Below are positions 26,709-35,880 of a stretch of 53,640 bases of DNA, one piece after another. A program made the position numbers and the translations under genes. Within the stretch, counting starts at the first letter, position 1, and every line of letters begins with the position of its first letter. Below the pieces are notes generated by a model. The model was not told the origin of the DNA and ran no database searches. It saw only the letters and a list, made by a program, of their open reading frames with translations. The stretch lies in the IMG/VR virus record IMGVR_UViG_3300022751_000002, positions 1 through 53,640 of that record. One strand, given 5' to 3'. Source of the DNA: a virus (Duplodnaviria; Caudoviricetes).

Positions 26709-29306
26709 ATGAATCAGATATTGCAACAATTGGTTTATTTAACTAATGCTTATAATCAATTAATTAATCAAGCAAGGGCTATTTTTCAATTACCACCACA
26801 AACGCCACTTGTAACAGGATCTGAAATCCATGTAAATAACAATGGAGTATCGCAAAAAATAGTAGTTCAGCAAATAATTGATGCTGCTTTATCAGTTCGC
26901 CAAAATCAATTATTGTCAATTGGCACAATCACAGTTGCCGGAAATAATTTAACGATTCCTGCAGGTGCAACTTGGTTAATCAATAATACTAATTATTCCA
27001 ACCCTTCAAATATTGTTATTAATGTTCCATATGCTGAAGATGGAAATACTCGAACTGATATTATTGTTGCCGATGAATTAAACAATATTTATCGCGTGAA
27101 TGGTCCGGAAACGGGGGGTGTTTCACCGGCTCCAAACGTTCCTTTAAATACTGTTTTGGTTACAACTGTTAATGTTACTGATGATTCAATTAATGAAACT
27201 CCGGCAGTTCCGGGCGTTGAATATAATAGTGATGATATCGAAAATGTTTCAAATGTTGATGGCGCAACTACTAGTGATGCTTTGAATACTTTAAAAACAT
27301 CTGTAGATAGTAAGTTAAATAAATCAGATTACTACAATCAAAGCGAAAAATACTCAACTGTAAACGCATCTTCAACAATACCCCCTACACCATCAGTTTA
27401 CGACGCTTTTCCACTTATGGTTAAAAGCGTATCAGGTAAGGTTATTTTATTTTCAAGGAATGCGTTCAACCATGGTAGTTCTGACGGAATATTGCAAATG
27501 AGAACTTCTAACGATGGAGGCTTTACGTTTTTATCGCCTATAACGATTCTATCAGAATCAGGAGTAGACATTAGGAATGTTTCAGGTGGCGTGACTTCTA
27601 GCGGTAGAATAGTACTTCAAATTTTAAAATATAATTCTACTTCGCTTACATCTATAAGCATGGGATATATTTATTCAGACGATGAGGGGTTGAATTGGAC
27701 GAATTACGCTACACTAAGCACATTATCAGAAACAGGATACTCACCTTACGGTAAATTAATCTCTATAGGTAATAACGAAATATTTCAAAGTTGGTACGGG
27801 GCTACAGGATCAACTTACTCACTTTACATAAGAAAGTCGTTAGATAATGGGGTAACTTGGCAGCCTTCTATTTTAGTCGCTACAAGTCCGACGGTAAATT
27901 ATAGTGAAGCGTCTTTTTCTTATTTAGGTGGTAGCACAATTTTAGCCGTATGCAGAGCATCAAGCCCTAATGTATTTGTTCAATTTAAATCTGTAGATAA
28001 TGGTGTCACATGGTCAAATATGGGTTCTGTTTCTTTTGAATCAGGCTTTCAGGTTTCACCTGAACTTTCAGTATTTACAGATTCTAACAATGAAAAATGG
28101 ATAAATTTATTTTACGCAAATAGAATATCTAATACTTTAAATGTTGTTAGTGGGAAAGCCTCTAATTTATTGTTAAACGCTTCGGGGTGGGAAGTATCTT
28201 CAAATACCGTATTAGATAGTAATCCAAATATAGACTTTGGGTATCCTTCTGTTGTAAGTACTGGTTTATCAAAATTTTATAATTTAGCTTATTACAAAGC
28301 TTCTGTTCCTAATGGATTAGCTAGTATATATTTTAAGACAGGTACAACATTTCCATATTCTATTACAGGAATAGGGACAGCTAATAATGTTGTTAAATTT
28401 AATAGTAACAAAACAATATCTAATAGTAATATAATTGATAACGGAACCAATGTTTGGGTAAACTCTAATATAGCTTTCGGACTATCAAAATTAAACCTTA
28501 GCCGTATAGGTTCGGGTAGATTAATAGAGATAAACAGAGAAGACGCTGTGATAACATTAGGCATAACGAATGTTTCAGGACTGTCATTATCTACCGTGCC
28601 TTTTGCAAATGGTTCTGGCGGTGTATTTGGAAGTAATTTAATTGGTGGCATTGCAAACCCTTTAGAGTCTACAGGATTAAGAGCACAAACCGTTCCGTTA
28701 TCTGACACGGGAACGGAGCCTATTATAAAACTAGAGGCCAGTGGTTCGTCAACAAACGGATTTTCGGGTATAACAACAGTAGCTAACAGGCCTGTTTTAG
28801 GAGTTTACAACTTTTTAACAAGATTATTTTCTATAGGCGCAAACGGTTCTTTAAACATTTCAAACGCTCCAACAACAAGCGCTGGAACTTACGATATTTT
28901 AACTAGAAACACGAGTACTGGAGTTGTTGAAAAATTATCTAGTAGTGCTTTGCCAACATCAGGAACTTATACACCAACAATAAGCAGCCAAATAAACACT
29001 TCTTCATCAACAGTAACTAATGCGTCTTATTACAGGGTTGGTAGCGTGGTAACTGTAACTTTGTACGGTACTTTAAATCTAACTTCGGCTAATACATATA
29101 GCAGTTTTACTATTTCTTTACCAATAAACAGAGCTACTTCTTCGTCTTATCCTATGGGGTTATCGATGCTTAGAAACACAAATGTATTTTGTAACGGATG
29201 GGTTACATCAAGCCTGACAAGCGAAACTACAATAGTTTTTAACTTAACCCCTAGTACAGGGGGTAGTACTTTTACAGCTAACTTTACATATAACGTTAAT
29301 AATTAA
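26709..29306 (+). CDS. Tail fibre/spike with BNR/Asp-box sialidase-like beta-propeller
   Basis: Four SxDxGxxW/F boxes (SNDGGFTF, SDDEGLNW, SLDNGVTW, SVDNGVTW); DFGYPS. Confidence 0.85.
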   Translation: MNQILQQLVYLTNAYNQLINQARAIFQLPPQTPLVTGSEIHVNNNGVSQKIVVQQIIDAALSVRQNQLLSIGTITVAGNNLTIPAGATWLINNTNYSNPSNIVINVPYAEDGNTRTDIIVADELNNIYRVNGPETGGVSPAPNVPLNTVLVTTVNVTDDSINETPAVPGVEYNSDDIENVSNVDGATTSDALNTLKTSVDSKLNKSDYYNQSEKYSTVNASSTIPPTPSVYDAFPLMVKSVSGKVILFSRNAFNHGSSDGILQMRTSNDGGFTFLSPITILSESGVDIRNVSGGVTSSGRIVLQILKYNSTSLTSISMGYIYSDDEGLNWTNYATLSTLSETGYSPYGKLISIGNNEIFQSWYGATGSTYSLYIRKSLDNGVTWQPSILVATSPTVNYSEASFSYLGGSTILAVCRASSPNVFVQFKSVDNGVTWSNMGSVSFESGFQVSPELSVFTDSNNEKWINLFYANRISNTLNVVSGKASNLLLNASGWEVSSNTVLDSNPNIDFGYPSVVSTGLSKFYNLAYYKASVPNGLASIYFKTGTTFPYSITGIGTANNVVKFNSNKTISNSNIIDNGTNVWVNSNIAFGLSKLNLSRIGSGRLIEINREDAVITLGITNVSGLSLSTVPFANGSGGVFGSNLIGGIANPLESTGLRAQTVPLSDTGTEPIIKLEASGSSTNGFSGITTVANRPVLGVYNFLTRLFSIGANGSLNISNAPTTSAGTYDILTRNTSTGVVEKLSSSALPTSGTYTPTISSQINTSSSTVTNASYYRVGSVVTVTLYGTLNLTSANTYSSFTISLPINRATSSSYPMGLSMLRNTNVFCNGWVTSSLTSETTIVFNLTPSTGGSTFTANFTYNVNN

Positions 29307-29318
29307 AACAAATATAAA

Positions 29319-29570
29319 ATGAAAAATTGGACTATTAAAGGATTTTTAGCGGTTTACATTGTGGTATTCTGCACAATATCAATGGCTTTTCTAGATTTGG
29401 CTGAAATGATAACAGGCGCTTTTATTAGTATGCTTAGTGGGGTTTTTGGATATTACTTCGGATCAACTCAGGGAAAATCAGCACAAGACAAGGCACTTGT
29501 AGAATCAAAAACAATTTATGCTGATTCAATAGGCGGCTCAACACCACCCGTAAAAACCGATGAAAAGTAA
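29319..29570 (+). CDS. Holin-like two-TM protein
   Basis: Two TMs, GYYFGS; lysis region. Confidence 0.6.
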   Translation: MKNWTIKGFLAVYIVVFCTISMAFLDLAEMITGAFISMLSGVFGYYFGSTQGKSAQDKALVESKTIYADSIGGSTPPVKTDEK

Positions 29571-29976
29571 TTTAAAATACATATTATCTTTCTTTTTATT
29601 AACTCTTTATGAGATAAATAAAACCCGGAAAAGCTTAATTCTTTTATGCTTGATTCCTTTGTCTGAGATAAAAGCAATATTTTATGAATCGGATTTGCGT
29701 GTTTCTTGGTATTTATTTTCGGATAATAGAAAGTTAATGTGCAACGTATTAGAGGATTATTCCAACATAATTATTATTGGCGTAATCCTATTTTATGCTA
29801 TTTTCGTCAAATTAGAAGTGATCACCAAACAAATAATTTTATTTTTATTCATTATTAACGCTTATGACTTTGTGTTTTTGGGATTGATGGATAACAATTA
29901 TTATTTGTGTAAACTGCCTTTAACGGCTATAACTTACGCATATGCAAACAGCAAAATTACTTTTCAACGCGATTAA
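29560..29976 (+). CDS. Multi-TM membrane protein (lysis region)
   Basis: Several hydrophobic segments. Confidence 0.6.
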   Translation: MKSNLKYILSFFLLTLYEINKTRKSLILLCLIPLSEIKAIFYESDLRVSWYLFSDNRKLMCNVLEDYSNIIIIGVILFYAIFVKLEVITKQIILFLFIINAYDFVFLGLMDNNYYLCKLPLTAITYAYANSKITFQRD

Positions 29977-30250
29977 CTATTGTTTTTACATTTTATATAG
30001 TTTTACGTTTATCGATGTTCTAAAAAAGAGCTTATTCCATGAATTCTATTTAGATAACGCAACAAATATTGCTCAATTGATACTAACTATCATCGGGGTT
30101 TTTTTTGCTTATTATAGGCTTAGAACTTATATTCGTGATTCAAAAACTAGAAGTAAAATTTTAGAACAGGAGTTAATAGCAAAACAGAATGAAAATTTTG
30201 CCGGAAAATGGAACAAAGAATTTATAGAACCTTTTAAAAAAAACGAATAA
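29942..30250 (+). CDS. Holin-like membrane protein
   Basis: TM plus charged C-terminus, directly before endolysin. Confidence 0.55.
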   Translation: MQTAKLLFNAINYCFYILYSFTFIDVLKKSLFHEFYLDNATNIAQLILTIIGVFFAYYRLRTYIRDSKTRSKILEQELIAKQNENFAGKWNKEFIEPFKKNE

Positions 30251-30252
30251 TC

Positions 30253-30765
30253 ATGGATTCAATTACGATAGAAAGAATAAAAGAATTTCACCCAAAATTC
30301 AGGGATTTGCTTTTGAAGCAATATATTGAAGCAAACAATTTACTTGGTAAAGGCGCTAGATTACGATTTGCGTATGTTTATCGTTCAAATGCTTTACAGG
30401 ATAAATTATATAACCAAAAGCCAAAAGTAACCAATGCTAAAGGCGGCCAATCAATTCACAATTATGCGATGGCTTTCGATATCGTATTGCTTTATGATAA
30501 TGATGGCGATGGAAAATTTGAAGAAGCTTCATGGTCAATGATCCGTGATTTTGATAAAGATGGTAAAGCAGATTGGAAAGAAATTGTTAATTACTTTAAA
30601 TCTAAAAGTTGGGAGCATGGCGGCGATTGGAAAAGCTTTAAAGATCAACCTCATTTTCAATTAAAAAAACCTGATGGATCATCTTATAAATGGCAGGAAT
30701 TAAAAGCCTTGGTTGATTCCGGAAAATTTATTTTAGAGAATGGTATTAAATACCCTAAGATATAA
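30253..30765 (+). CDS. Endolysin, peptidase M15C (L-Ala-D-Glu)
   Basis: YRS..Q..LY, GGQSIHNYAMAFD, GGDW..DQPHFQ. Confidence 0.92.
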   Translation: MDSITIERIKEFHPKFRDLLLKQYIEANNLLGKGARLRFAYVYRSNALQDKLYNQKPKVTNAKGGQSIHNYAMAFDIVLLYDNDGDGKFEEASWSMIRDFDKDGKADWKEIVNYFKSKSWEHGGDWKSFKDQPHFQLKKPDGSSYKWQELKALVDSGKFILENGIKYPKI

Positions 30766-30791
30766 TACAATAAATAGTAAAAATTATATAC

Positions 30792-30825
30792 AAAAAAGCT
30801 GTTAAATTATATAACAGCTTTTTTT
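30792..30825 (+). terminator. Intrinsic terminator, followed by TACCTTTG -7 element (30827)
   Basis: aaaaaagctgtta/taacagctttttt. Confidence 0.8.
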
Positions 30826-30857
30826 ATACCTTTGTTTTTCATCAAAACATTTTAATT

Positions 30858-31529
30858 ATGATACAAATTAATCCAAGATCACCCGCCTTTATTCAATTAT
30901 TAAAATATTCTATAGTAGCAATTATATCTATTTTGATATTCAGTTGGGTAAAAAGTTGCAGTTCCGGACCTGTAAAACCTAAAACGCAAACTGTAATTGT
31001 ACCGGCAAAATCAGGATCATTCGAACCTAAAAAACCGGATTCAAAGCCTTTGGTAGTTAAAGAAAATCTCAAAAATGAGATTAAAAAAGATGGTACTGTT
31101 TACATTCCGAATCCATTAAATGAAAAGTTGCTGCAGGAAAACGAACAATTAAAATTAGATTACTCAAAAATGAGTGATTCGTTAAAATCCAAAACATATG
31201 AAAAGGCTATTGAGCTAAATACATTTTCATCCAGGTTTGAAGATAAATTTATGGTCTTAAATATTAACGGAACTGTTCGCGGCGAAGTTCAGGAAATCAC
31301 ACCTTCATATACTAGAAAAGAATTTGAAATCGAATTAAAACAAAAAGAAAGCGTTTTTAGGCTTTTAGCGGGCGCAGAAATTGGAAGTAGTATAATCACG
31401 CCTAAATTGAATTTTAAAGCAAATTTGATGTTTCAGAATAGAAAAGGCGATATAATTAGTACTTCTTACGATACAAATAAAAATGTTTGGATAGGTTATA
31501 ATAAATCAGTCTTTAATATTAAAAGATAA
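30858..31529 (+). CDS. Spanin-like membrane-anchored protein
   Basis: N-terminal TM ending KSC, coiled coil, C-terminal beta strands; follows endolysin. Confidence 0.55.
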   Translation: MIQINPRSPAFIQLLKYSIVAIISILIFSWVKSCSSGPVKPKTQTVIVPAKSGSFEPKKPDSKPLVVKENLKNEIKKDGTVYIPNPLNEKLLQENEQLKLDYSKMSDSLKSKTYEKAIELNTFSSRFEDKFMVLNINGTVRGEVQEITPSYTRKEFEIELKQKESVFRLLAGAEIGSSIITPKLNFKANLMFQNRKGDIISTSYDTNKNVWIGYNKSVFNIKR

Positions 31530-31555
31530 GTTAGGAATTAATAAATATTATTTTA

Positions 31556-31563
31556 TATATTTG
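31556..31563 (+). promoter_or_regulatory. -7 element of the tRNA operon
   Basis: TATATTTG 4 nt before the leader ATG. Confidence 0.75.
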
Positions 31564-31567
31564 CCAT

Positions 31568-31639
31568 ATGAAAACGATAAAAAATAACACTGAACGCCTT
31601 CCGCAACATAATTTAATTATGGGTGGAACTTCTGTGTAA
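31568..31639 (+). CDS. Attenuator leader peptide MKTIKNNTERLPQHNLIMGGTSV
   Basis: ERLPQH codons match the six downstream tRNAs; overlaps alternative hairpins. Confidence 0.85.
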   Translation: MKTIKNNTERLPQHNLIMGGTSV

Positions 31640-31664
31640 ATATATTTTTGACAATATTTATCTT

Positions 31665-31690
31665 AAACCACCTTTAATCGGGTGGTTTTT
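31665..31690 (+). terminator. Attenuator terminator
   Basis: aaaccacc/ggtggttt + T tract; 5' strand can alternatively pair with gggtgg 31621-31626. Confidence 0.85.
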
Positions 31691-31693
31691 GCA

Positions 31694-31767
31694 TTTCTAG
31701 TAGCGAAGTTAGGTTTCATGTCTCCCTTGGAAGGAGGAGTACTCAGGTTCGAATCCTGACTATTAGA
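31694..31767 (+). tRNA. trnP: tRNA-Pro(TGG), atypical acceptor/D stems
   Basis: tctcc-cttggaa-ggagg; tcagg-ttcgaat-cctga. Confidence 0.7.
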
Positions 31768-31772
31768 CAAAT

Positions 31773-31844
31773 GTTCCGTTCGACACGTGGTTAAGTCATT
31801 ACCCTTTCAAGGTAAAGTCACGGGTTCGAATCCCGTACGGAATA
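31773..31844 (+). tRNA. trnE: tRNA-Glu(TTC)
   Basis: Full cloverleaf; ttacc-ctttcaa-ggtaa. Confidence 0.93.
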
Positions 31845-31849
31845 CAAAT

Positions 31850-31921
31850 TGATTTATAATGTAACGGTTAGCATACGAAACTTTGACTTTCGCTGTTTAG
31901 GTTCGAATCCTAATAAATCAA
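31850..31921 (+). tRNA. trnQ: tRNA-Gln(TTG)
   Basis: Full cloverleaf; cgaaa-ctttgac-tttcg. Confidence 0.92.
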
Positions 31922-31926
31922 CAAAT

Positions 31927-31999
31927 GGTGTTTTTGGACTAACGGTTAAGTCGTTTGCCTGTGAAGCAAAAAACGTGAGTTCGATTCTCACATTACACC
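31927..31999 (+). tRNA. trnH: tRNA-His(GTG) with G-1 and two acceptor mismatches
   Basis: tttgc-ctgtgaa-gcaaa; gtgag-ttcgatt-ctcac. Confidence 0.82.
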
Positions 32000-32005
32000 C
32001 AAAAT

Positions 32006-32086
32006 GCGACTGTGGCTTTATTGAGAATGGCACATCTTGGCGGTTTAGACCCGTTAGCTTTGAAGGTTCAAGTCCTTTCAGTCGTA
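32006..32086 (+). tRNA. trnL: tRNA-Leu(TAG), atypical (no long variable arm, expanded D region)
   Basis: gcgactg/cagtcgt; ggcgg-tttagac-ccgtt. Confidence 0.7.
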
Positions 32087-32095
32087 CAAATACTT

Positions 32096-32167
32096 TTCAG
32101 TATAGTTTAACGGATAAAATTTGCGGTTACGACCCGTGCGATGGGAGTTCGAATCTCTCTACTGAAA
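32096..32167 (+). tRNA. trnR: tRNA-Arg(ACG)
   Basis: ttcagta/tactgaa; gcgg-ttacgac-ccgt. Confidence 0.88.
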
Positions 32168-32174
32168 CATTTTT

Positions 32175-32205
32175 AAACCCAATCTATTAATTTAGGTTGG
32201 GTTTT
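32175..32205 (+). terminator. Terminator ending the tRNA array
   Basis: aaacccaatcta/taggttgggttt. Confidence 0.8.
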
Positions 32206-32207
32206 CT

Positions 32208-32280
32208 ATTTATAATCATTATAAATTATGTTTATTTATTTTTTCTTTGTATTTTTTATACAAATGTTTTATTACATTTG
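32208..32280 (+). promoter_or_regulatory. Early promoter cassette (19-bp box, operator, -7)
   Basis: ATTTATAATCATTATAAAT; TGTATTTTTTATACA 32248; TACATTTG 32273. Confidence 0.75.
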
Positions 32281-32308
32281 TCAAATAAAACAATTAAAAT
32301 TATAGATC

Positions 32309-32704
32309 ATGAAAGGTATTGTTAAAGAATTCAATATAACAGGGAGTAATGAAATTGATATTGATTTTGCTGTTAAGAAATGGGACAATCGATTTTCTAT
32401 TTTAGGTTATAATTATGGTAATGGACAAATAAAATACACGTTATACATTAATCGAAAAAACTCAAACAGAACTAATTTTAAAACCGAGATATTTAAAACG
32501 CAAGCATTAGATTTGATCAAAAGATTAGATTTGATTTGTATTCAAAGTTCAACTTTTAGGAGTGGAACAGCTTACATGACTAAAGAACTTGCGGAAATAG
32601 AATATAATAGAATTAGTGAATTATACGAAGAAACACTTTTTAAATTAAATCACTTAGCAGGAATAAAACAATCATTAAACCCAATAACTTATGGCACAAA
32701 TTAA
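32309..32704 (+). CDS. Hypothetical early protein
   Basis: First ORF after promoter. Confidence 0.7.
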   Translation: MKGIVKEFNITGSNEIDIDFAVKKWDNRFSILGYNYGNGQIKYTLYINRKNSNRTNFKTEIFKTQALDLIKRLDLICIQSSTFRSGTAYMTKELAEIEYNRISELYEETLFKLNHLAGIKQSLNPITYGTN

Positions 32705-32918
32705 AATTTTAAAAGACGAAATTTTCGAGGAAATCAAAAAGAATTACGATCTAAAACAGGTCATTTCAGAAGTTCTTTTCATTCAAAACAACAGCGTTCG
32801 AACATTGGCAATTGCTAAATCTGAAAAACTTACGCAATACGGCGTTATCTGCGTTGTAAAAGATTTTCTGAAAAAGAAAACCATTGAAGAAATGTTTATC
32901 ACAAGGGCTAAACGATGA
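32691..32918 (+). CDS. Cro-like HTH regulator (putative)
   Basis: ISEVLFIQNNSVRTLA helix pattern; 75 aa; early position. Confidence 0.45.
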   Translation: MAQIKILKDEIFEEIKKNYDLKQVISEVLFIQNNSVRTLAIAKSEKLTQYGVICVVKDFLKKKTIEEMFITRAKR

Positions 32919-33055
32919 TTACTCGAATTAATGGAAAATGGACTGTTGATGGTAAAAAATACCGCTTCATGACCAGGAACGACAAACAACGGCTTTCTAA
33001 TTTCATGTTATTCATGAAAGAAGCACATTCAAAAACTAATTTAAAACAATCATAA
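32915..33055 (+). CDS. Hypothetical protein (46 aa)
   Basis: ATGA/TAATG-coupled on both sides. Confidence 0.6.
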   Translation: MITRINGKWTVDGKKYRFMTRNDKQRLSNFMLFMKEAHSKTNLKQS

Positions 33056-35052
33056 TGAAAAAAATTATTGCAAAATCAGGAACGTTACAAAATTTAATGG
33101 GTTGCCAAAACCTAACAATTGAATTAAACGAAGATATCACGAATATTTTCGGTGCAAATGGCGCGGGAAAAAGCCGTTTCGCTGATGCGTTTCAATGGGT
33201 TATGTTTGGTAAAAATGCCAATGATAAAAAAGACCACGGCATTAAAAATACAAAAGATACTTCTTTCAATCAACAAGAACACATCGGTGAATTTGTTTTG
33301 TTGGTAGATGGAATTGAAAATACTTTAAAGCGTGTTTATAAAGAAAAATGGACTAAAAAGAAAGGAAGCGAATTTCCTGAGTTTACGGGCCATGAAACTG
33401 AATTTTATTTTAACTTGGTTCCGGTTTCTGCAACGGAGTATGCGAAAAAAGTTTCTGATATTTTAGATGAATCAGTTTTCAAAATGATTACTAATCCACT
33501 TTATTTTACTGCTTTACCGTGGAAAGATCAGAGAAATGTTTTGACTGAAGTTTGTCCTGCACCATCGAATGAAGAATTGGCAGGTGAATCTGAAGAATAT
33601 AAAGAATTGATTTCGCATTTGGTACAAGGAAAAGAATTAGCGGATTATCAAAAGCAGATTTCCGCAACCATTATTAAATCAAAAGAGGATCTAAAAAACA
33701 TTCCTACCCGTATCGATGAAGCATTAAAAGGTAAATCAGATGTTTTTGATTGGGCTAAATTGGAAGCTGAGCAATCAGAAAAAGAAACTGAGCTTTCAAA
33801 AATTGAAGAATCTTTGACTAATAAGGCCAATGCTTTTGATGAAGTATTAAAAACTGAGAATGCAAAGAAAATTGCAGCGAATGAAATTCAGTTAAAATTG
33901 GATGGAATCATTAAAAACCTAACCAATTCCGGACAACAAAAAACAGATGATTCGGCTTTAAAAACTGCTCAAAATCAATTAGAATCAAAACAAGGTGAGT
34001 TATTAATTGCTGAGAATGGCTTAAAAACCTTAAATACTCAATCCACAAACTTAACAGCCGAGATAAAAACTATTTCTGATTCTTTGCAATTGAAACGCGA
34101 TGAACTAAAAACTGTTCAGGAAAAAGAATTTATTTTCGATGAAACACAATGTGTTTGCCCGACTTGTAAAAGAGAATTTGAAAGCACAGATGTTGAAGCA
34201 AAGAAAGCCGAATTAAAACAAAACTTTAATACTGATCAATCAAACCAAATTAATGTTATTCAGCAATCCGGGATCAGATTAAAAGGCGAAAAAGAATCAA
34301 AAGAAGCTGAATTAAAAACGATTACTGACAGAATTGAAAAAGGTAATACCGTTGTTCTTAATCTTAGAACTGAGATTGTTTTATTAGAAGGTAATGTTGC
34401 TTCTGAATCAGAAAAATTAAACAATACAAAAGTTGTTGAATTCGATTTGGAGAATGCAGTTTTGAACAATCCGGAATATCAGACGGCTTTAAAAGAATTG
34501 AACAAAATCAAAGCAACTATTCAGGAAAACCCTGCTGTTGATAATACCGAATTAAATAACCAAAAATCAGAATTAGTTACTGCAATTGATGAAATTAAAA
34601 CTAAGCTAAGAAATAAGGCTCAAAATGATTTAGTTGATAAAAGGGTTGCAGATTTATTTTTAGATCAAAAAAGGCTTGCTTCTGAGATTGCTAACGTTGA
34701 AAAAACATTATTTGTAATTGAGAAATTCAATAAACTAAAAGTTGAATCAATTGAAGAACAGGTTAACCAACGTTTCAAATATGTAAAATTCCGTTTATTC
34801 AAACCGCTTGTTAACGGAGGTGTTGAAGAATGTTGCGAAGCTTTGGTAAATGACGTTCCATATTCACACGCTAATACAGCCGGAAGATTAAACGCCGGAA
34901 TTGACATTATTAATTTGCTTTGTGAACATTTTCAGGTTACAGGCCCGATTTTCTTAGATAATCGTGAAAGCGTAACTGATCTGATCGAAACAAAATCACA
35001 GATTATTAATTTGATAGTTTCGCCAGGTGATGAAACTTTAAGGGTTGAATAA
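33055..35052 (+). CDS. SMC/Rad50(SbcC)-like ATPase
   Basis: GANGAGKS, long coiled coil, CPTC zinc hook, FLDNRES. Confidence 0.9.
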   Translation: MKKIIAKSGTLQNLMGCQNLTIELNEDITNIFGANGAGKSRFADAFQWVMFGKNANDKKDHGIKNTKDTSFNQQEHIGEFVLLVDGIENTLKRVYKEKWTKKKGSEFPEFTGHETEFYFNLVPVSATEYAKKVSDILDESVFKMITNPLYFTALPWKDQRNVLTEVCPAPSNEELAGESEEYKELISHLVQGKELADYQKQISATIIKSKEDLKNIPTRIDEALKGKSDVFDWAKLEAEQSEKETELSKIEESLTNKANAFDEVLKTENAKKIAANEIQLKLDGIIKNLTNSGQQKTDDSALKTAQNQLESKQGELLIAENGLKTLNTQSTNLTAEIKTISDSLQLKRDELKTVQEKEFIFDETQCVCPTCKREFESTDVEAKKAELKQNFNTDQSNQINVIQQSGIRLKGEKESKEAELKTITDRIEKGNTVVLNLRTEIVLLEGNVASESEKLNNTKVVEFDLENAVLNNPEYQTALKELNKIKATIQENPAVDNTELNNQKSELVTAIDEIKTKLRNKAQNDLVDKRVADLFLDQKRLASEIANVEKTLFVIEKFNKLKVESIEEQVNQRFKYVKFRLFKPLVNGGVEECCEALVNDVPYSHANTAGRLNAGIDIINLLCEHFQVTGPIFLDNRESVTDLIETKSQIINLIVSPGDETLRVE

Positions 35053-35065
35053 AAAAATAAATTAT

Positions 35066-35284
35066 ATGAAAAATCCAACGATTGAAAAATTAAATAGATA
35101 CTTTAAAAACGCTACAACTGTGTTAAGCACTCAAAGATCTAGTTTTAAAATGGAAGATTATAACCTGAATTCAATATATTTTGATACTTCAACGAACGCA
35201 TTTTATATTCAAGATCATAACGGAGATCATGATCGTTGTTTATATGATTGTGATTATAAACAATTAGCAGAAATATTAAATTAA
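35066..35284 (+). CDS. Hypothetical protein
   Basis: ATG 35066. Confidence 0.6.
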   Translation: MKNPTIEKLNRYFKNATTVLSTQRSSFKMEDYNLNSIYFDTSTNAFYIQDHNGDHDRCLYDCDYKQLAEILN

Positions 35285-35291
35285 AATAATT

Positions 35292-35320
35292 CAAAACCCG
35301 TTATATTAAAGCGGGTTTTG
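35292..35320 (+). terminator. Intrinsic terminator
   Basis: caaaacccgtt/agcgggttttg. Confidence 0.75.
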
Positions 35321-35322
35321 TT

Positions 35323-35383
35323 ATTTAGAAACATTATAAACTACCAATAAACGTATTTTGCATGCGTATATTTTATACATTTA
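35323..35383 (+). promoter_or_regulatory. Early promoter cassette
   Basis: ATTTAGAAACATTATAAAC; CGTATATTTTATACA 35365; TACATTTA 35376. Confidence 0.7.
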
Positions 35384-35419
35384 CAGAAATAATAAAAGTC
35401 TAATTTAAAAAATAATATT

Positions 35420-35644
35420 ATGAAAATATTTAGAATTGAACAAAGAGAATATACGGGTCATGATGGTTTCATGGGATTTGTTATAGTTGCCAATAATAGT
35501 GAAGAAGTTAAAACTTTAGCTAAAAAATCAGCAGCCGACGAAGGTAAAAATGTTTGGAAAAGAACAAACGTTGAGGAAGTCGGAGAATATACAGGATATG
35601 AATTAGAACCTTTCGTTTTATTGTCTGATTTTAAAGCAGGATAA
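35420..35644 (+). CDS. Hypothetical protein
   Basis: GFVIVANNSEEVK..LSDFKAG. Confidence 0.7.
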   Translation: MKIFRIEQREYTGHDGFMGFVIVANNSEEVKTLAKKSAADEGKNVWKRTNVEEVGEYTGYELEPFVLLSDFKAG

Positions 35645-35646
35645 CC

Positions 35647-35880
35647 ATGAAAGAAGGAATTCAAATTTCGGAAAACTTTATAAAAGGCGAACCGATTAAA
35701 ACAACAGAACAATTGATAGATTTGGCATATCAAAAAAGATCAATCTATCATACAGGAATGGGAATAAGACCGGCAGCAGTAATAATTAATATGAATTTCA
35801 TGTGTGTTATTCATATGATTAATAAAGGAATTATTTTTGAAACAATTAAATTAATTAAATTAAAATCCAATAAAAAATGA
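35647..35880 (+). CDS. Hypothetical protein
   Basis: ORF in operon. Confidence 0.65.
   Translation: MKEGIQISENFIKGEPIKTTEQLIDLAYQKRSIYHTGMGIRPAAVIINMNFMCVIHMINKGIIFETIKLIKLKSNKK

Noticed and set aside
31849-32190. 113-aa ORF in the ORF track
   Set aside because: Lies entirely over four tRNA genes; TTG start; spurious.
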